A stretch of DNA of 64,000 nucleotides from Utricularia gibba (lineage: Eukaryota; Plantae; Magnoliophyta). The stretch lies in assembly GCA_002189035.1 (NCBI GenBank), contig CM007992.1:1178001-1242000 (forward strand), read 5' to 3'. Below, piece by piece: positions 57,315-64,000 of the stretch (the stretch's first letter is position 1; every line of letters starts with the position of its first letter). The translations under genes were made by a program, and so were the position numbers. Below the pieces are notes generated by a model. The model ran no database searches. It saw only the letters and a list, made by a program, of their open reading frames with translations, and was not told the DNA's origin.

Positions 57315-58582
57315 ATGGATAAAGGCAAAGCTGTTATGGGTTCTGGCCGCCGTTGGGCCGTGGAGTTTACGGACAATTCCATGTCCAATTGGTCGCGGGA
57401 CATTCATGATCCGCCGGGATTCACTCGCGCTTCTCAAGACCAGGTTTGATTTGAATCACTTCTTGTATCGATCCGCTTTTAAGTTTTTTTTTTCTCCCTC
57501 TTTCATTGAACGGTTTAACCTCACTAATGGATAGGATGATTCTGCTGTTAGTAAGCAGAAAAAGGACGCTGAAGCCACATGGAAATCCCAGGTGAAGTTA
57601 CATGTTTTTTGGTGTTGTTTCTTTTGGGTTGCTGATGCTAGTTTATCGGAAGCGAAATAAGTTGGTTTGTGGAATTCAGTACCATCGAAAGTTCTTGCCC
57701 TCTATTTTACGATGCTTATGTTCAACATTTAAGGGCAATTGTCCATTTCTGTAATCTTTGATAAACTCTACTTTTTTCTACTCTGGAATCGATATGTCAA
57801 TGCCTCAGCTTGGCTGCTGTACTTTTTTTTTTTTCTGATTCAAATATGAGGAATGAGCCTATGAGTTGTTTTGTTTCTCTTTTGCAATGGGACTACCCGT
57901 TATTGCAGAAAGCATGGGAAGTTGCTCAAGCTCCTATGAAGAACTTGTTCATGATGGCCTTCATGATGTGGATGGCTGGGAGCACAGTTCATCTTTTTAG
58001 CATCGGTATAACGTTTTCAGCCCTTTTTCAGCCGATCAATGCCCTTCGAGGTGTTGGAAAAGGTAACCCACGTTTATCCTCTAGGATTTTGTTTTCCATT
58101 GCTGGGAGCATCTGACTGTTAATCGTATTTCCTTAGATCTTCATGTGGCTGTTAAAAAGTATGCTGTTTGCTGAAATATATTGTATGATCTTGAATGCAG
58201 TTTTTGAGCCTTTCAAAGACAAGAAAGTAGATCTCCTCGCACCCAAGCTAGCTTTTATTGCCCTTAATTTGGTAGGCTTAGGCCTAGGTGTCTGGAAGGT
58301 TTGTTCTGCAACATGCTTTACATTTGCTCCAGATTCTGCAAACTATGGAACAACTTGGCTAATCTTAGCTCATTTTGGCAGCTGAACACCCTCGGCCTTC
58401 TCCCAACCCATGTATCTGATTGGGTGTCATCTTTGCCTCCGCCTCAGGTTTGATTCTCCCACTTAAACGAGCTGAAAAAGCAACATGAGCATGAAGATGA
58501 GATTTTCCATAGAATTAACACATTATAACCTCTCTTTCAACTCCAGGAAATAGAATATTCGAGTGGTGGCATTCCACTTTAA
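57315..58582 (+). CDS. EMC4: ER membrane protein complex subunit 4 (TMEM85-like), 6 exons
   Basis: MDKGKAVMGSGRRWAVEF, DPPGF, KAWEVAQAPMKNLFMMAFMMWMAGSTVHLFSIGITFSALFQPI, GVWKLNTLGLLPTHVSDW and EYSSGGIPL*. Confidence 0.93.
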
Positions 58583-59723
58583 GTACCTTCTCCTCCCAAC
58601 CTGGTAAAAGCACGCACGCCGTAAGAAATCTGCAGTGCACTTGAAGTTGGCTGGTTGTTATGTTGGGTAATAGAGGATTGATTCTACACTCACATGTTGA
58701 GGTGAAAGTTTTATTTGACCTTCTTCTGATTCTCGAAATTGAAGAGTTCTTTTGCTTCATCATGCGTTGTTTCGTTTTCATCCCAACCCCACAGAACCGG
58801 AAAAACTAAATCTCAACCACAAGCTCTTACCGTGCAAGGAAGAGCATTTTACTTAGGCAAATATGGATCCGATCATTATTTGGTACATTCGGGATTGATA
58901 TATCTATTCATATTTTTACACGATTTTCATGCATATCGAATATATACATATATTAAAACAAATTATGGGATTTCTTTTTTTAGCATTTTTTTGGTTGGAA
59001 TGATTAGTACGAGATTAATTTTGTATTTTGCTGTGGTGTCAATAATTTGTAGTTAAATATCGTTATCGAACTCTCAATTACTAATGATTTGATGACTCGG
59101 ATGAATTTATTTTGCAATGGTCAATTGGATCAAATGTAATACAAGGGGCTAGTCGCGATATTTTACATTAATTTTGAATAAATTAGGTGATGTGTTTAAA
59201 ATAGATGAATCTTTATAATTTTCTTTAAAAAAAAATAGAAAAATATAAATATTAGATGTATAAAACGAATATCATGTGAAAAAAGTATAGATTGTAATAT
59301 TTGATATTAAAGCTAAACTCTAACATATGCCAATAGTGAAACAAAAAGCATCAGTGTTTAGTATCTAAATATAAGATGAAAGGTCTAATTACGATATACC
59401 ATATTGATTGTAGATGATGATAAGAGGTCAATATAATTAAATAAAGAAATATTCCTAATTTTATATAACTTTTTTTTGAAATAGAAAATCAAAAAATTAT
59501 GAATATTTTTTATTCAAAGCAAATAATAATATATAAGTAAAATGTATGTCATGACATCAAATTCAATTTTCAACCATATCATAAATTAACTATTTTTTAG
59601 ACTAATGTGGTATAGTTCATTATTCTCCATAATATGTTTTAAGGAGTGGTTGATGCTGATTCTAGTCGTGAAGAAGTAGAATGAGAGCAAACGGGAAGGC
59701 ACATAAAGGCAAGTGTCGCTTCT

Positions 59724-61583
59724 TCAAGTTTCAACAGAAACATATCGAGCAACGTTGCTTTTTGATCTTTCTTTCATCTTCTTATCATCTTGCTTGCTGC
59801 TGCTCCGAACAATCCGTGAAGTCGAGCTCCACTGACTTTGCAGCAACTTGTTCCCAGATTTCGTTCGATTTCTGTTGTTCCAAACACCATTTCCATTCAC
59901 CCCTTTGGCCTTCGCATCCTCATTTATCTCCCGTGCCTTTTGCAGATCGATCGGATCTTTGTTGAGGAACGCGAGCTTGGGAAGAACAGCACGTACTACT
60001 TTGCGCAGATGGTCATTGCTGGTGTTTGCTTGAAGAGGGTTTCCGGAAAGATCTAAAGCCATTAGAGAATTGTAGTTGGCTACGAGCTGACCAAGTGCTT
60101 TTGCTGCTGTAATCTTGTTGTTGCTTAAATCTAAAACAGTCAGCTTCAACAGCCTGTGCAGCCCTTCAACCATGCTGATCTTGTTTCCGGAAAGGTACAG
60201 CTCTTTGATCATCGTGCAGCTTGAAAGACCTACGGGAAAGAAGTTCCAGTTTCATACAGAATGGTGCCTCTGTGAAAAGAATCAAACGCTTTCTTTTTCT
60301 TTGTTTTGTACCTTGGCCGATCCGGGAAATCCGATTGTGGCTGAGATCAAGGTTTCTCAAACGCGTCAGCTCTCTGAAGCCTTGAATGGTTTGTATCTTG
60401 TTCCTGGACAAATCAAGAACATGCAGGCTTTTTGGGAGAGAGTCTTGTGGGATATTGACTGCAGGAAAAGGGAAAGAAGAGCTGAGGGAGGTTTCACGTA
60501 ATCTTTGTTTCTTCTGGCTAACAAACAGCATACCGATGGAGTTGCCGGAGAGATTGATGGCTCGGAGACTCGACAAATGCGACATGGAGGGTATAACTTT
60601 GAGTCCAACACCTGCAACATAAGCCACAGTGGAAGAGGAATCAAGGGACTGGACCAAACTACTTGCGTGGGTGATCTCTGAAGATCCTCGAGTTTTGTTT
60701 CCAGGAGAAGATGGGAACACAGAAGCATCTTCTTCATCTTGATCTTGATCTTGATCTGCAACATGATCTATTTCATCAGGGGGCAGTGTAGGAGATTCCA
60801 TGACCCATTGACTGACTCTTGACAAGGAGATAGCAGCAACAGGCCCTTGAGATTCACTTTCCTCCACGAAAGTGTTGATCGGGATTTCAGCAAAAGGGGA
60901 CGACTTTGGTTTCTGGGAGATGTTGTCGTTCCAGAGGAGTAAGTTCCAGAGCAAACTCTGGCTTTTAGAGGGAAGTATCCGCGCAGAGGAATGCTTCTTG
61001 ATCTCTTTGTCTTCCCGGCAACGAGGTTCCATCGGATTTGAATCCATCCTCATGGCGATTTCCCGACAAGAGACAGATTTTGGATTTATCTGCTGATTCC
61101 TAATCCGCAGCACACCCAAATCCGAACATGATCGTTTCAACCCACAAGAAAAAGCCAAGAATTCAGCTTTTTCCTTGTCATCCTCTCGTTCCAGCTCCTT
61201 CGCGTCCTCCCACGCCTCCGCGCTGTGAAAAGTGGTTTCCTCATCGGAACCGGAGTCTGCATCAGGATTGCACGGCGCGGTTGCCGGAGGAGACTCAGCT
61301 TCATGGTTCATAACTTTGGCCTTGGGACGAAAACTCCCGACTTTACTCAACACACGAGTAGCGCCTTTTAAACTTAGAGACTTGAAAAGCCGGGGGTTCC
61401 CATCATCAGCCTCAGTTTGCTTCTGCAGCCAGAGAAGTAAAAAGGGTTTAGTATTGCAACCAATTCCGATTAGCCGGAAAACCAGAATCGAACACCAACC
61501 TTCTTCTTCTTCTTCTTCTTCTCCTTCGCCTTCATCTTGCTCACAGCAGAATAACAAAAGCAGCAATCGAATCGCACTCCCAT
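59724..61583 (-). CDS. SDS22-type LRR protein (plant 'outer arm dynein light chain 1'-like family), 4 exons
   Basis: Exon 1 (61583-61500) MGVRFDCCFC...KKKKKKK splices to KQTEADD. Later motifs include LKRSCSDL, KKHSSARILPSKS and SRVSQWV, then LRRs LRAINLSGNSI, LHVLDLSRNKI, LRNLDLSHNRI, IKELYLSGNKI, LTVLDLSNNKI and LDLSGNPL. Confidence 0.87.
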
Positions 61584-62235
61584 TTGTCCGATTCCACTGG
61601 CTAACAAGGCACAAAATCCTCCTCCGAAATCTCTGCACTAACACTGTGGAAAACCAGCAGCATGAAGAAAACCGCCTTCAGCTACCACCTGCGTTTTATG
61701 AGAAGGAGAAAGATGGAAGCTTCCGCCAAATTTCTTATACTTTTTTTTAATATTTGACTTTCTACAAAATATATATTTTTCTAATAGTCATATGCTGATT
61801 CATTTACTACCATATTTTAAAATAATATGTTAATTTGACTCAATAATTTTTATAAAAAATTAAAATTTTAAATATTAGAAATCTTATACTTAAATAATTA
61901 TTTTTATTTTTCTAATATTTATATTTTATACTAAATACATTTAACCTTTAACTCATTATAAAAAAAAATATCAATCCAAAACATGTTCTTAAAACATTGA
62001 TTCATCACTATACAACCATTGTTTAGAAATTGTATGACTGGTTAAAGCATCCATCCACCAAATAATTGTACAAATGATTAGAATGACATGTAAGAGGAAG
62101 ATCAATTAAAAAATCATGCATTAGAATCATAGTATACTTTTTATGTTCTCTATCATATGTTTGTGATTGGTAAAAAGAATGATAACAATGATCTATCACA
62201 TCTGATCATCCCATACCATGTATTGAAAAGTTAGA

Positions 62236-62660
62236 TACTCCAACAATTTAAATCTCTATGAATATATCATTTAGAAAAATGGTCACCTATCCATTATTTT
62301 ACACATAATTATATATAGGGTGATTATTTTTATGGCATAGCTATGAGAGAAAACTCAAGATTCCAACCTTCAAATCCCTATGAACCATTTAGAAAAACAA
62401 TCACTTGCATTTTCCATTATATATACTATAATCAAGAATTTACATAGGGTGGTCATTTTCATCACACAGAGAAAACTCAGGATTACAACCATCCAAATCC
62501 CTATCACTCATTTCTATTATATATGTCATATTAAAAAATGTATATATAAAGTGATTATTTTTATCACACAATCATGAGATAAAACTCAAGACACCAACAA
62601 ATTCTTATAAACCATTTAAACAATTTACAAATAGGATGATTATTTTTATCACATAATCAA
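62236..62660. repeat. Degenerate tandem repeat, 3-4 copies, period ~80-130 bp
   Basis: GGTGATTATTTTTAT-like blocks recur at ~62318, 62447, 62550 and 62633. Three of them are followed by AAAACTCA(A/G)GA and a CAAATCCCTAT-like motif. Confidence 0.65.
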
Positions 62661-63659
62661 GTAATAATGTCTAATTTTGTAAAAGATGTGGAAAAAGCGT
62701 TTGGTGGGAGTTTTATATTGCAAATTGAGGTGCGGAAGGGGGTAGGGCGTTTATTGCACTTCATGTGTGAGGTGTGGGCGTGTGGCGTGAGACACCTGCC
62801 CCCAGGCGTGCTCCTTGACCTGGTTTGTTATTAAAATAGTTAGATTTTTTTTAATTAAATTTTTTTCTGTTTATTTTTTTAATTATTTTGGTTACCGAAT
62901 ATAATATTATTTTAAATATATATTTGTAAAATTTATTTATCAAATATCCTTCTGATTTATGTTTTCAGAATGAAATGGTTTTATTTAAGGATAATATTTG
63001 ATTTTGAATAAATTCTATTTTAATAATCAGTTATGCATTTTCAAAAAAAAGTATTTTTTGAGGAATAGGATAAAAAAAAACCTTAAGCACTATGAATGTT
63101 TTTTGAAAGTTTTTTTTATTTCTAAAATAGTCAAAAAGAATAGCATAATATTTTATAAAATTAAAAACAAAAATAGTTGGAATATAGTGTTTTCAAATAT
63201 TTTTACTTTCTCAAAGAGTAGAGACAGTTTGAAAAAAATAAAACAGAATATTGCATTAATGTTCGATGCATTATAGGATTTTTGGAATTGAGGAATTCTC
63301 TCTAAAGTGATCAAACTTTATTTTATTTACATCACAATTATTTAAAACATTCATATTTATAATTACCCTTTGAAAAAGAAAAAAAGGGTGTAAAATATAA
63401 AGAAATTGCAAATAAGGCTCAAAATATACTTTTTTTTATTGCTTTTTGAAGAGAAAACATAAATTTGGAATATAATATGTGAATATTTCAATATGATTAA
63501 TAAAACCAAAGCAAATATCAAATTGTAATGACAACATCAAACTAGAGGATCTTTAAAAATAATGAAACCATTCTGACTTTCTAAATCAAAGGAGTATCTG
63601 AGGTAGTTTTATAAGCTTTCAAAGTAGGATACTTTTTGGTCTAGAAAAATAAATTTTAA

Positions 63660-63930
63660 GATGTATGGAACTTGAAATCATGTCTATAGAATTATATAGG
63701 ATTTTTATGGTGCAACACAAGCCATGAATGAAGACACATTAATGGAAAAAGGAGGATGGCTTTGATCTATTGCCAACTTTTGTATATTTCAATGGTTATG
63801 TTGGTGTTTCTGAAATAACATCTCAAGAAGTATTCAATGAAAGAGAATCAAAAAGTCATCTACAAAGAATGAAACACAAAAATGGAGCTTGTAGGAGATT
63901 AGAAGCTAGAAGATTTTGATTATGCATAAT
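63660..63930 (+). mobile_element. Possible decayed hAT dimerisation-domain fragment
   Basis: Only weak motif echoes: GVSEITS, and ELVGD* at 63885-63902 (cf. EALxCGGDW). There is no ORF or TIR support. Confidence 0.2.
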
Positions 63931-64000
63931 TTGTGGAAAAATTGAAAAAGGACATGATTGAACTTGACAAGGATTGCTGATAGAGCAGGTTTATATGGAA

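Noticed and set aside
62998-63276. 92-aa K/N/F/I-rich ORF
   Set aside because: It is a by-product of AT-rich low-complexity DNA with no coding signal.

Overview
Gene-dense flowering-plant nuclear DNA with short GT-AG introns and very AT-rich spacers. The supplied ORF track is not splice-aware, so I rebuilt the genes by hand. I find 16 protein-coding genes, in order: an X8/PDCB-like GPI protein (-), NADP-malic enzyme (+), organellar Trp-tRNA synthetase (+), CIPK23-like kinase (+), ARF6-like auxin response factor with a miR167 site (-), CAT1-like amino acid transporter (+), a small mitochondrial-type protein (-), TRS120/TRAPPC9 (+), an EamA/SLC35F-type transporter (-), chloroplast ATP synthase b' (-), a UGNT1-like nucleotide-sugar transporter (-), SD2-5-like S-domain kinase (+), a GET2/CAML-like protein (-), a DnaJ-type zinc-finger protein (-), EMC4 (+) and an LRR protein (-). 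Mobile DNA comprises two non-autonomous hAT elements with terminal inverted repeats (TIRs) and 8-bp target-site duplications (TSDs), a Tourist-like MITE and decayed hAT transposase remnants. I saw no tRNA, rRNA or CRISPR array. The most notable observations are: apparent -1 frameshifts in ARF6 and TRS120, both at short homopolymers and so probably assembly errors; a candidate peptide uORF before CIPK23; competing splice acceptors that may add a targeting peptide to NADP-ME; an unassigned miRNA-like hairpin at 54.2 kb next to a spliced 94-codon ORF; and splice-site chains downstream of two stop codons. Family assignments come from remembered motif similarity, not from database searches. The species cannot be identified from the sequence alone.
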